Source: Lytechinus pictus
Taxonomy: Eukaryota
Direction: 5' to 3'
DNA: 64,000 bases
Assembly (NCBI RefSeq): GCF_037042905.1
Contig: NC_087261.1
Span: 23,188,001-23,252,000, forward strand
The notes beneath the pieces are model-generated. The model was not told the origin of the DNA. It searched no databases and saw nothing but the letters and a program-made list of their open reading frames with translations. Of the stretch, positions 51,536 through 64,000 are shown piece by piece; the stretch's first letter is position 1, and the number at the start of each line of letters is the position of its first letter. Made by a program: the position numbers and the translations under genes.

Positions 51536-52040
51536 TAAGGGGAGGCCCACCCTGACAAAAAAGTTTATTGTAAAAAATCGCAGAAAAAATCATATACATT
51601 ATTGAGGGGCTTTAAGGAGAATCCATCAGAGAATTGAAATATCATTAGAAATTCGATTATTTGATTTGTGACGTCATATGCGAGCAGCTTTCCTGCAGAT
51701 GGTATGATAACAACAAATCAATGAAATGTCATATTCTCAGAAAATTGAAAATGATCTTCATCGTACCTTTAGTATATCAATCCACAAATCTTTTTCAAAT
51801 CTTTTCCTAAAGAAGGAAAATAAAAAATAATTCATCACAAACCATAAAAAACAATCTTTATGCATTTAATATTACATAACATATGGGGCAGCTGCTCCTT
51901 AATGACATCACAAATAAATAAATTGAACTTCCAATAACTTTCTTAATCTTCAATGGATTATCGTCAAATCTTCATCGATATTTTTGATTGTTTTTTTTTT
52001 CTTCTATTTTTACAACAAAGTTTTCACAAAGTTTCACTCA
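51536..52040. mobile_element. Degenerate MITE, TTAA-flanked (Kolobok-like)
   Basis: ttaaggggaggcccaccctgacaaaaaagtttattgtaaaaa.. with inverse ..tttttacaacaaagtttt; internal inverted tgacgtcat..gagcagc / gctgctc..atgacatca. Confidence 0.55.
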
Positions 52041-53104
52041 AACTCATTATCTGTTTATACTTACAATTCCTTGCACTGTCATGACAGTTTTGTATACACA
52101 AATTCACATTTCGCACTATACCCGTATGTCCCCTCCGTTAAAATCTAATAAGGTATTCGATCCTGTTAGTTCTCAACAAGTAGTTAAGTTTTTAGAGAGA
52201 TCAACATTCAATGTGTGTGTGTGTGTGTGTGTGTGTTTTTTTCCCCCTGAAAATCTCAAATGTTCACTTCTATACCTTCCATACTTTTCTGTTTTGTTCT
52301 TACAGAGTAAACTTTAAGTTTATTTTGCGAGTCATATTTAGAGCCATGTTACATCTGCAAACGTGCATAAACATAATCATGAACGCACATATAATTATGA
52401 ATATAATCTTCAACATTTATTTATCTCAAAAGAAAAGTACATAGAAATAAAATATCAAAGCAGTATAAACAATTTGTTCTCTTCACATTAGACAGGAGGT
52501 ATTTCAATAAATCTTGCCAAAAAAAAGCCGGAAAACGTTTTAGCTGGGAACGCCCAGTTTTGTTCTTCTGGGTTACTCAAAACAGTTATTGATAGGAAGA
52601 ATGTTTGGCACCATTCAGCTATCTTCATTTTATTATGAAATTACAAAAAAAGAGAAAGAAACCCAAGTTACCTGGTGCTTGTATGTTAAGAGCGACTTAA
52701 CGAACGACTGATCTTTTCCTGGGATAAATGGTATACACTAAAATGTTCATTCGTGATGATTTAGCGCGTAAGAAAGGTTAACCAGTCGCTCTTAACTTAC
52801 GAACAACGTTATGAAACGACCCACAGGATGCGGATAGTGACATTTCATTATACCCGGTATATTGTCCGTAAAACTCATTATCCTATTTAACATCAGGCAG
52901 TCAATTTGAGCATAGAATACATCTGTACATAAGAAAGATATCCTTTATAACAATCATTTCGCCCTTAAAGTTGTTGTTAAACATATGCATATACTAATTT
53001 AATAGAAATATATTTAGAAAGTTGAACATTGTGTGTCTTTAGAGTTATACGTCTTCCTAGAAATAGCAGCATACACCTGTATGCATTTCGAGTAGTTATC
53101 ACCA

Positions 53105-53575
53105 CAAAAAAAACGGTCATTACAAAATATAATTTTAAATAATTTACACTGGCTCCCTATTAGACAACGGATTATTTTTAAGTTACTTCTCTTTGTATAC
53201 AAATCTCTCTATAACCTAGCCCCAAAATACTTGTCTGATTGTTTAGAAATTTATGTCCCAGGTAGAAAAACTAGATCCTCTGAAGACCCACTTAAATTAA
53301 CATATCCAACAAAAAGAAAACAGACCGGAGATAGAACATTCGCCGTTGCATCCTCAATGGAATGGAACAAACTCCCTCTCACAATAAGACAATCCCCAAC
53401 AATTGAGTCCTTCAAGAAGTCTCTTAAAACCCTTTTGTTCTGGGCAACTGCCTTCATTTAATATGTCATTCTGATTTTTGTTTGTATAAATAAGTTAACT
53501 GAAATTGTGAGCGCTTTGGGCCATGTGGGAAAAGCACGTTATAAATATTGAGTATTATTATTATTATTATTATTA
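53105..53575 (+). mobile_element. 3' fragment of an L2-clade LINE
   Basis: LHWLPIRQRIIFK..GDRTFAVA..EWNKLP..FKKSLKT; tail agcgctttgggcc..ttataaat(att)n. Confidence 0.85.
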
Positions 53576-54307
53576 ATGTAATATTTATATTGTTGTTTTT
53601 CTGATACAGCATTTCGGGGTTAAATTGTTCCGATGCAACGTTTCAGGTTTAGATTTCCAATGTATTTTTAAAACGCCCTCTAAGAACCCAAACGAGATTA
53701 TATCGCTTACAAAATCAGAATGGTGTTAATATTAGATTACTAATGTTTATGATTGTGTATCTAACTGTATGCAGCTCTCGGATTAATGCATGAAAACTCT
53801 TTATAACAACAATGATTCCCCTTCTTTACACAAAATAATAAACATTTACGGGCGACGAATTCTATGACCAAAACTTTTAAGAAAGGCTCACATGAGCATG
53901 TTTTCATTGAACAAACACTCCACATAGCGGATACAAAATATTTGCCAAACTTGACATGGTCTACGAGTACAATGTTCAATAAACAGAAGCAGTGTACTAG
54001 AAGGAAACGTGCTAAAACGCACAATAAGATAAACATAACAATCGATTTAAAGCGCACATCTTAAATATCAGTCATTAGATTTGCATGTAGGTTAGACAAT
54101 ATATGGATACATCATATGGCTTCAATAATAATATATTTTTTATAAACAAATAAGTTAAGCAACATATTCTTAGATAATAGATATGAATACAAATGCATAC
54201 AATTCTGATATTCAATAATTTATAATTGTAAATGTAAAATGAGGCAAGGTGATGTTAATCTTTGGTATTTTGACGGTTTTTTTCATCATTCTCAGCTTGA
54301 GACAAGT

Positions 54308-55509
54308 TTAAGCCACTCGTTGTCTCATACATGCACACGCTACCGGTATGTTCATAGTCTCCTCCTCATATCGATAGAGACCATCCACACACTGAGTTTT
54401 TCTCAAGACTTGCATGTTATGAAAGATAGGTTGGCATCGCAAGTTAGGATCAGCCATATGGGTGTAAGGGTCTAAACACGCTGAACATTGACACTGCGCC
54501 ATGCTGATGGACATCGGGATGCGATCGGGGTCGAAGCACTCGACGTAGGTCCACGGGCACAGTCCATCCTGGTTGGCGTTGGTTGGTTCAGAAGCACTTG
54601 GTTTGGCGCCGTTCGGGCAGCTCTTGGCGCTGGAAAGGCCATCGTATGGACAGCTTGATGTTTCTTTCCTTCCCATATCCACGTCGCTAATATTAAAACT
54701 CTGAACGGCGAATGCATCTTGGTTTGGATAGAACAGATGGCCGTTTCTTTCTCGTGATTCGTAGTCAGCTTGGTTCATTGGAAGACAATACGGCGATAAC
54801 GTTGATGATGAGGATGATGCTGGCACAGGTGACGATGTGACAGTGTGTACGAGCACGACGATGGCGAGATAGATCTATTGAAAGAACAATAATAAAATAA
54901 AAATAAAAACATATGACACCAATGAATCATAACTTTGATCAAAATAAACGTATAAGGGGGAGGGTTCCCCTGAATAATTGAGAATCGTTAATTTCTCACT
55001 TCGTCTTTATTGATTTCTGATTGCATTATTAGGCCTTCGTCTCGTTTGAAGATAATACATTATTATCAACCAGTATAGGCCCTATCTCTTTGATCACGAA
55101 GATTCCTTGAGGAAAAAGAACATAATGAAATTATGAATTTCTATAACTCCACTGATCATAGGTTTAGCTCATGAGCACTGTACCTAATCATTTTGTCGAG
55201 TGGATCCACAAGTCACTAATTCGGTCCTTTATAAGCTCATTTGTCTTTGTCTACAGAAGGCGAATGTATTGAAAAGATATCGCACCCATTTATAACCTGC
55301 ATTATAGAAAGCTTAATGTTGTAATTAAATAATAAAAAAATAGAAAGGAAGAAGATGTTCGTGTTATTTGGACTTTTCGATGACAATAATGATGTCTATG
55401 AAATGAAATGGAAGAAAGCGGGGGGGGGGGTCGAGAGTTTTAAAAGACGTTGAATAAGAATGGACAGAAAAATAATACAACGAGGTATGATAACTCTACG
55501 TACCTTCAT
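54308..55509 (-). CDS. IL17: Interleukin-17 family cytokine, copy b (~190 aa), inverted paralog of copy a
   Basis: Micro-exon ATG AAG|GTACGT (55509-55504) plus exon 54874-54308 (caatAG|IYLAIVVLVHTVTS). Five amino-acid differences from copy a downstream of the Ser-rich linker. Confidence 0.93.
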
Positions 55510-55701
55510 TATAAATAAGAATATATTTTCAAAGGAGCTGCAAAGGAAATTATTTTGATTCCCGTGGTTTGGTAGTAGCAAGCTTTCTTCTTCTCTGTTT
55601 TCTTCGTCCAACTTAGCCTGTTCTCACGAAGTGAATCAGAATTAAGTGAAATACATAAGACACGTTTCTTCGATGTTTCTGATTTGTTGGGATGTTTCTT
55701 T

Positions 55702-56091
55702 CTCTTATATACACCATCGTCGCCTTGATAATGTCATTATTGCCGGAAAATTATGAGCTCGGTTCTTTTTCTGGCTCAGGGAAAATAGCGGATCTGGGAC
55801 CAGGTTCCCTCTTTATAATTAAAGCAAATGATTTCCGCTCTCCTCCAATTATGCATGCCAATACGCCATAATTTCTACTGCCCGAAAACACATTTCTGAT
55901 AGTAAGCGTCCATTCGAATGACGCGTTTCATTCTTGGGGATCCCCGGTAAAACTCAATGAACACTGTATGTGTCAATTCAAAATACATGTTGATCCTAAA
56001 GATACGATGTGTTTATTTGGCTAACGGCTATTTAGAGGTCCAGGCCGGTACTACACAGTTTCATTGTTTGCTAGAGTAGTCCAAAGTTCGT
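55702..56091 (-). promoter_or_regulatory. Proximal promoter of IL-17 copy b: palindromic kB-like GGGGATCCCC (55936-55945), TATATAA (55711-55705)
   Basis: Homologous to 45719-46110. Confidence 0.7.
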
Positions 56092-58516
56092 CTAACTTCG
56101 GCCTACTGGGCACGCATGTGGAGCACTTGTAATTTTTTTTTTTTCAAGTCTAACCGGTAAACTGCCCATTTCTTAATTTGAAAAAAAAAAGTTTTATTTT
56201 TGACCAGTTACCTCTGTAAAAGAATTAGGGTTAATAAATCACCCATTTAGATAATATATATGGCGATGTACGGCTAACACAGACGATGGTGACAGCAAGA
56301 CCAAAACGTCAAATTATAATATCTGATAATTCATGTCTGACCAGAACAAGGTATGCCAGCCGGCTCATTTTGAAAATAAATCAACATTTATGAAAGCATT
56401 CGGTGACGAGATATCAATCATTACATGAAATGTTTAAATATCCCTAATTCTTCAGCCAAATAATAACAGAAGCGATGTTATTTTTATTCCCCTGTTTGGT
56501 GATCTCCCTTCCTAAAATTAGTGGCGAGTCATAGACATGCACTTGTCAATTAGCTATATCGGATTAAACATCTTGAGAATGGGCTGGGTCGAATGAATAT
56601 ATTTTGCCTTCCTGTTCCATTAAGAAAAAACAAGCCCTTTTTTCAAAATATGGAGTAGACATCTAAATTAGTGCATGTGTTGTGGCTCCCTTGAGAACCG
56701 CGGCATCCAGATAATTATATGTATTACTAAACTCAAAAACTTCCCTGAACTTTGCTACACCAAACATCAAACTCTCTTATCCAGAGCCAATTAAAACCTT
56801 GTTATCTGTTTAATGGCTAGTTCAACCCTTAAATCCTGCAAATCAAGGGCAATAATTGAGATTTTATAGGCTAATTTAAAGGAATCACAAACCGGGAATT
56901 CACTGTTATAATATATCAATAGTCCTAATTATGTTTTCTGGAAGCAAGCACCGCAAATCACATTGATTGTTGAGTTCTACAATAATTTCATGCTTTTTCA
57001 TTATGAATTACAACCTGGGTAAGGAGAGGGGCAATCTGGTTCATTTTATTTTTCTCTGCTTCCTTTTTCTTTCTTTTGATCTCCATCTTTTTATCAGTTC
57101 TTCTTCCTGCGTGTGCTCTCTTTTAATGTATTCATCTAAATCTATCATTTATATATTTATATAGTGTTTCGGAGAAAATACATACTGGCGACAATTAAGA
57201 TCCTTCTTACATGACGTCAAATTTATCAAAATAAATTGAATGTCTCATTTCGCGATGACCTTTGGAACCATTCAAGTTCAAAAACAAGTAGGCCTTCCTA
57301 AAAGAACTTGAAAGTCCAGATGTAAATAAACAAATTATACGAAATACAAAGTGTCATTTAGTACGCAGGTAATGCGCAGAAAAGACAAAAATAGGTCTTT
57401 TTTGATAATCAACGTCACCCAGAGTCACATTGATTTTGATAATTATGATAATTGAGTTTTCTAGGAACAATGAATACTCTGACCATACTTCCCAGTTGGG
57501 TAAGAACATCCGTCCATGTGTTAAACCCCAATACAACACAATGGAGTAGGAGGAGGGACCTACATTTTTTTCGACTTGCTATTTAAGGTCGCAAAAGAAA
57601 GATACATGTACGGAGCACACGCAACGTATATTCTTGTTTTAAATAATACCTGTATTTATCATATAAAATGATACTTTAAATTACTGAACAATAACCATAT
57701 TGAAAAATTAGTTTAAGCAAATCAAGCACTTGCGTTGCATTTTAAAAAAAAAAATGTTATGTTTGTTTAACTACATGTATGTCATATCTGCACTTGTTTG
57801 TATTACAAGAAGATAATGCTATTGCTTCCTAATAAAGTGTGTATCTTTCCTACCCAATTTGGAAACGAACTAATACCAGATTTAATATTCACGATATTGC
57901 TTATTTCAACGTCAGTTTCAAAACATAATAATATTGAAATACTAAATGTCTTCGAAAATATATTATCGTTAAATGTTAAAGTAGTTGAACCCCATGCCAT
58001 CTGACCACTCACCCGTGTTTGTATTGCTTTACTAATGTCCATCATACTGAAAACAGAATTTTAAACTTGAGCCCCCCCCCCCCCTTGACAATCAAATAAT
58101 TTCCCTAAACATAGAAAACAAGAAAACAAATGTACGTACACTGTTCGCTTTTAATTATAACAATTCAATTGCATAGCTTCTTCCGTCGAATTTACCCCCC
58201 AAAATAAACACATTATTCAGCCTTTTCGAGGAAAACCATTGCATGGTAATTACAACAATACCGACATTTATTCATCAACGACCTTTTTTCTGTCGGTTTA
58301 TTTAGTTGTCACTTCCTCCCTTATAACCAAAAATACCCCTCCCGAACAGTGCCTCAAATTTGATAAGGATTACCGTTAGGGTTGTTAATTAAAAGCTAAG
58401 ACTAGTCTTCATGCACAGACCTTTGTTTCTCGCAATTTAAATTTTGCATAATGCAGATTCTGAAGTAGTGAGACTACACTGTGTATGCATGCCTCTACCA
58501 AATAATTTGACACATA

Positions 58517-58819
58517 GGCCCTTATTCTGAACTCGGGTTTAAATTAAGCCCTGGTTTAAAGTTGTGGTTTAACTATGGAGAGCCAATAGGGGCACAAATC
58601 CCTAACAGTACACATTCAATCTATTTACTCGTATGACACCGAAATTGTGTGGAAATTATAACTGAAGTATTTGTCTTCATTATGAAAGCAACAGGAAAGA
58701 AAATATTAAACATAAGATATTATACAATATGAACATTATCTTTAAATTTTTGGCTCCTCAAATTGTTAGCACAGAGTTAGACCCTGGTTTGAATTAAACC
58801 TGACTTCAGATTACGGGCC
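58517..58819. mobile_element. MITE (PIF/Harbinger-like termini)
   Basis: TIR GGCCCTTATTCTGAACTCGGGTTTAAATT / AATTAAACCTGACTTCAGATTACGGGCC. Confidence 0.75.
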
Positions 58820-59315
58820 ACAGAGAGATTGGCTTGTAGCGATCTGCTGCGTCCGCATAGCAAGGATGGCGCGAGTGTGGCCGCACCCTTTCGAAAAAAA
58901 CCGGGGGTGCTTTTCTCGAAAAGATGAGTTGAGGGAGGGGAGCCAAATTAACGCACCTTTTCGAGAAAATTGAGAGCTTTTCACGAAAGGTAATGTTGTA
59001 CCAGTTGTGTGTCTGTGTAAGTTTGTGTGGGGTATGGGGACCTACGTAGGTTGTTGGTGTGTGATGGTGTGCGTGGGTGAGGTTGTGTGTGTGTGTACGC
59101 GCCTAACTGAGGAAGGAAAGAAGGAAAACACGCATATTTTTTTGTGAACGCAGACGATCGTTACCAGCCGAGAGATAGGCGTCTATTCTGTACTCTAGCT
59201 ATGGTATACATGCAGGTTAAAGTGTCAGATATTAGTCTGTGCTTGCAGACTAAACGAAGATCCCATCTAGGAAATCGATCGACCCCCCCCCCCCCACGTA
59301 ATCAGTTGTCAATCA

Positions 59316-59619
59316 GTAATAATAATAATAATACTAATTGGCATTTATATAGCGCTTTATCAATCTACGACTGTCCAAAGTGCTTCACAATTATTCAGTA
59401 TTACCCGGTCACTGGATTCATAGCATTTCAAGCTGCATGTTATTTGCTAAACCAACCACAATGACGGTTGTTTCCTACCGGTACCCAATTAGCACCTGGA
59501 TGAGAGTGGCAAAGTGTGGATTGACGCCTTGCCAAAGGACGCTAGGTCATGGTGGGATTCGAACACACGCCCCTCTGATTACGAGGCGAGAGTCAGAACC
59601 GCTACACCAAGGCGCTTCC
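59316..59619 (-). mobile_element. Full-length tRNA-derived SINE
   Basis: Reverse strand: A-box TGGTGTAGCGG, B-box GTTCGAATCC, core caggtgctaattgggtaccgg, tail aagcgctatataaatgcc(att)n. Confidence 0.85.
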
Positions 59620-61234
59620 ACAGTAGATACATGAAAGAAGGGTAGTTTTGATGCTCTAAGAAATGAATTTTTACGATTTGGGATAATTGAGACTGACACC
59701 CACTCCACACGAACACATTCTTACACACCCGCACACACGCACCGTTACACACACCATCACATGAACCTTAAAACAAGCAGGATATGGGACGAGGATGTAT
59801 GTTCACTTGATATGAGAAACTTAAAACATGTGAAAATTGATTAATGGTGACAATTCAAGTCAGAAAACAATAAATTCGCAATCGATCGCCTGCACACAAA
59901 GTGCGCAAAAGAATGAGACATGTCACAACGATAGATAAGTAATCATACCCATTTATTTCATAATTGTTAGACAGTAATGTTAAATGAATTTGTAATTGAA
60001 ATTTAAAAAGAGAAGGTAGAATGAAAGCAGCTTTGATAGGGTAGATCATGAATGTTTTATTAAAATGAATCCATCAAAATCAACGGCTTTACGATTTTTT
60101 CCCTGTTTTGTTAAATAGATAAAAACCCGGATTTTTTATTAATCAGTTAAAACTCAATTCTCCCTCAACGAAGCATCCAATACGACAAAGCCTTTCAATT
60201 CAGATTTTACAATTTAGAGCATTTATTCTAATTTTGATCGAAACGAGGACACCGTCCGACCCATCTGCCCACAATATACCTTTTGAGAAACAAATTGAAT
60301 TAACACTGTTCCCATTTTTATTGTTATACCCTTCAAAATGTATGTGATCATTTAAATATTGATTATCATTAGCAATATCCCCACATAGTGGGTACGTTAT
60401 ATTTTCAATCGTCATTACTTGACATATTTTGTTTAAACATGACCTTATGAAGGCTACATACAATAAGATTTTCCCATTAAACATCGCATTATGATATTGA
60501 ATACGCATGATGATATTATACAGAATACATAAAATGGTACGTCATTTATATTATGATAATGAATACTAAGGATAAACATAATGGCTACAAACTTGTACCA
60601 TTCTAGCACAAAACTATCAGATTTTGATATTTTCAAAGAGTTCAAAAGGCATATCATGCGAAAGTAAAACTAGGTTTGCCTCAAATCAATAATATGAGTT
60701 TTGATTTACAAGTCCATTAGAGGGCTGCTTCGTAAGTTCGTCATATAATCGTGGACTGGAGCCCAAGTACCATAGGCGAAAGGTGATATTTTGGGAAATC
60801 CATTTTGTCGTCATGAGCAAATTGATATGCCAGAGGACGTCAAGGGAGCTTAGGCCACCACATTGTTTCGTGTTGTATCACTCCTCCGAGTTTGTATGTC
60901 GTGCACATAAAACATAAAATTATGGTGCTATACGTAGCAGTCCTCTAGTGAACCACGAAATCGAAAATGGTACAATGATAACAATAACAACACAAGTCCG
61001 ATAGGGTACCATTATCAAATTTGATTTTCAAATTTTAGATCTCGTATTATAAAACAGGTACTAATATGCCGTGCGCCTCATAGCATAAAACCTTACCCTT
61101 GATGCTCATGAGTATAGGACTTTATTATTCTTAAAACTAGATAACATTGAATATGATTATGGGTTTTCTATAGATGAATCAAAATTTACTCGCTGATTAA
61201 AAATCATCTACAGGGGGCCTGGAGGGTGGTTTAA

Positions 61235-62301
61235 TTAGGCTATCCTCTGGCGCATGCAAGTGCAAGCCACCGGAACGGCCAGGTTCTGTTCCTCGTACCT
61301 GAACATCCCGCGGGCGCACTCGGTTTTCTTCAGCACCCTGATGTTCCTCATGACTGGGGTGCACTTGAGGGCGGGGTTTGGAAGATGGGTGTAAGGGTCG
61401 AGGCATCCCCTGCACTGGCACTGGGCCACCTGCAACGCCATCGGGATGCGATCCGAGTCGAAGCACTCCACATATGTCCATGGACACTGGACGTCCTCGT
61501 TGACTACCGCAGTGCTGCCAGGGGCTGAACCTGATGGGCAAGATGAGTTGCTCGGGAACCCGGCGTAGGTAGTGTTGGAGCAGGTATCCGACTGGCTCCG
61601 TCCAATGTCTTCCGGTGAAAGAGAGAAGGACCTGACGGCGAATGCAGCTTTGTTGGGGTACAGGTCCGCCCGAGGAAGAGAATGGTTGGAGACACAGGTC
61701 GAAGGCACTGGGTTGCAGTAGCTGCCAGCGATAAGAGCAAAGAGAAAGATTGCAGTCACGGCGTTCTGTAGTGTAAATAAAAAAAATAGGACAATATAAT
61801 TAAGGTAATGAAAACTTTGTGATTATCGCTCAGAACCAACTTCATGAACTTGAAATCTGGTAAGCAAAAAGCAGAAGCGGTCATAACATCTGCATGAACA
61901 AGGCGATAATTAATCAATATAATTAACATAACATAATTATACCCAATGAATACACAAATTATTACAACAAAGTTCCATTTGTCAATACTGATTTAGAATG
62001 GATACGATATTTAAAACGCATCTTTCCATAACAGTTGTAGATTCATTTTTGGGCAGTATTACTAAAGCACCAGAGTGCTTCTAAATTCATTTTTTAATGT
62101 GAAATGAGGCAAGTGTAATAAAACCATCAAAATTAAGAATGTTGTGTACACACATAATGGAAGTATTCTTCTTTTTTTCAGGCTCTCAGTTAATGATTTG
62201 TGTGGAAAATGAAAGCCACATGGTCTCGATCCGAATGGCAACCGTACTGAAAGAGAAATAGACAAACAGTGTAGGCTGGATATCATATTTACCTGGAACA
62301 T
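61235..62301 (-). CDS. IL17: Interleukin-17 family cytokine, copy c (~179 aa), more divergent paralog
   Basis: Micro-exon ATG TTC CAG|GTAAAT (62301-62293) plus exon 61765-61235 (tacAG|NAVTAIFLFALIAGSYC signal peptide). CPWTYVECFDSDRIP..AQCQC..C..C.P..VL..RYE..VPVACTC. TATAAAG at ~62481-62475. Confidence 0.93.
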
Positions 62302-64000
62302 GATTATATGTTTCTTGCAGTCGATGTCTGTACTGTCGTAATGCCGAATAATGCAGTATCTGAATTATTTCGCTGTGTCAGTGGCGATGTAGGCCAATAG
62401 TACATAGATTTCAATCTTAGATTCCACTTCTGTTTCAGAGAAATGATTGTTGATTTCCTCTCGAATTGCCGCCACTTTATACCATTTTTTAACGGATCTA
62501 AAACACATCATATAAATGATAATAAAGTGAACGAAAATGATTTCCTCTTTTGTTAATTTCATTTGTAACCAGTGGTAGAAATAGATTGACGAATAAATCA
62601 TTTGTCTATAATCAGATAATTTCCCTGCTTTGATTCTTTCTCAACATAAAGTAAAAAAATATTGATCTATAGATATATTTCCAAAGTCCCATTTTAGATA
62701 TCATGACAATTTTGCTGTCCCGACGAGGGGAAAATATATATTTTCTTTTTCCTTTTTGTTATAATATGTATGAAAGAAATCAATGTAATTTCAATCCCAT
62801 TCATAGAATTAATATCCCATTTTAGTCCGACTAATAGAGATATATTACTGTATTGTCTCAAATGGGACAGGACAACCGCTTTAATTAGTTTTGTTTCCCC
62901 ACTATATATTAATATGATTCACAAGAATAATTAAATTCTAAAATTCGTTTTAACCGTAATCATGGTAGGAAAAAAATCCGCATGATTCTACAATGGTCAT
63001 GAACTTCCGCTTTTCCGTTTTGGAAAACATAGCCTATGCATTTTGCATAATGAGTCGATTCCCTATAAGTATATTTGCTTTTGTTTCCTTCCCTTTTTGT
63101 TGTGTAATAATGATTTTCATTTTGATTGATTTGGTATATACTGTTATATTTCGCATTCTAAGAATTTTGCAATTGGTCAAATTTCAATCACGTGATGAAG
63201 TTGGATCATCATTTTGAGGTGATAGAACGTTAATGCTTCGCTGATCCCTTCAGTCCACAGCGTCACGTCGCGTTATGAAAGACGTTGGGTACGTGCGAAA
63301 TAAATGTGCATTCCTTTAGTCGGCGATTTTTTTTACAGGGGGTACTGTTATAAATTTGAAAAAAAAAATCAATACAAAATGGAGGTCAAATAAGTCACGA
63401 GAAATTCGCTCCCCCCCAAAAAAGAGGGTTTCACTACAAAATAAAGGTAATTTTAGTTACATTTTTCAATTTTTACACATCTGCCAGAATACCTGGAGGT
63501 GCTGCCAAATGGGAATGATACACGCAGCACCCCCAAGGAAATTACTGGGGGTGTTTCAGCATCCCCGCTTACCAGAGCCGTTTTGGTCGGTTTGTTGGCG
63601 GTTCGACTAGTAACAATTACCATCGAACGCAAAGCTTAGGATCTGATTAAGTTTACGATTTATCACGAATACGGGTTCCATCCATGACAACAACCATGAT
63701 TTCCAATTATAGAAAAATTATTCATCTGAGGAAAAAAGGTTGCTACAAGTGTCAGAGCTCGGGGATATTTAACAAGCATCCTGCCTTCTCTACTCGTATG
63801 ATCCACGGGGCATTAAGGTTTTAGTCCACACTTAGTCGAAGCAATACCCGGTGAAGGCCGAAGGGCGGAAATACACTAGTGCTCAATTCCGATAAGCGTC
63901 CAAACCACTTCGGCTGGATTTCCAAGTTGTTCCTTTCTCTTCCTAATTTCACACGCAGGGAAGTTTAAAAGTTCGATTTTGACTTCAATATCATTCTTGA

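Noticed and set aside
59545-59619. tRNA gene
   Set aside because: A and B boxes are followed by a SINE core and L2-like tail, with related dispersed copies; it is a SINE head.
60690-60960. GC-richer patch with GGGAAATCC downstream of IL-17c, considered as an exon or enhancer
   Set aside because: No sustained ORF or paralogous conservation seen; one 9-mer is not enough.

Overview
AT-rich, intron-containing, repeat-dense animal DNA. The SINE and MITE repertoire and the expanded IL-17 family point to an echinoderm, probably a sea urchin; this is inference, not proof. The window looks like one immune locus in two halves. Left (about 3.4-44 kb, minus strand): a tandem array of four paralogous genes (A partial, B, C, D), built by hand from splice sites. 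Each has all-phase-1 exons for a signal peptide, an 11-Cys WSC-like domain and a short stalk; B, C and D also have a final exon with one TM helix and a non-catalytic, Pro-rich tail carrying conserved tyrosine motifs (HEYTY, EDGY, YYSSR[IL]). Right (46-62 kb): three two-exon IL-17-family cytokine genes, two of them a near-identical tail-to-tail inverted pair with shared kB-like promoter sites and a conserved Roquin/CDE-like downstream hairpin. The array is head-to-head with the first IL-17. The rest is transposons (CR1/Crack-like, L2 and L1/Tx1 LINEs, a decayed Gypsy element with nested insertions, MITEs, tRNA-derived SINEs), microsatellites and two assembly gaps. All gene models and identities are manual estimates.
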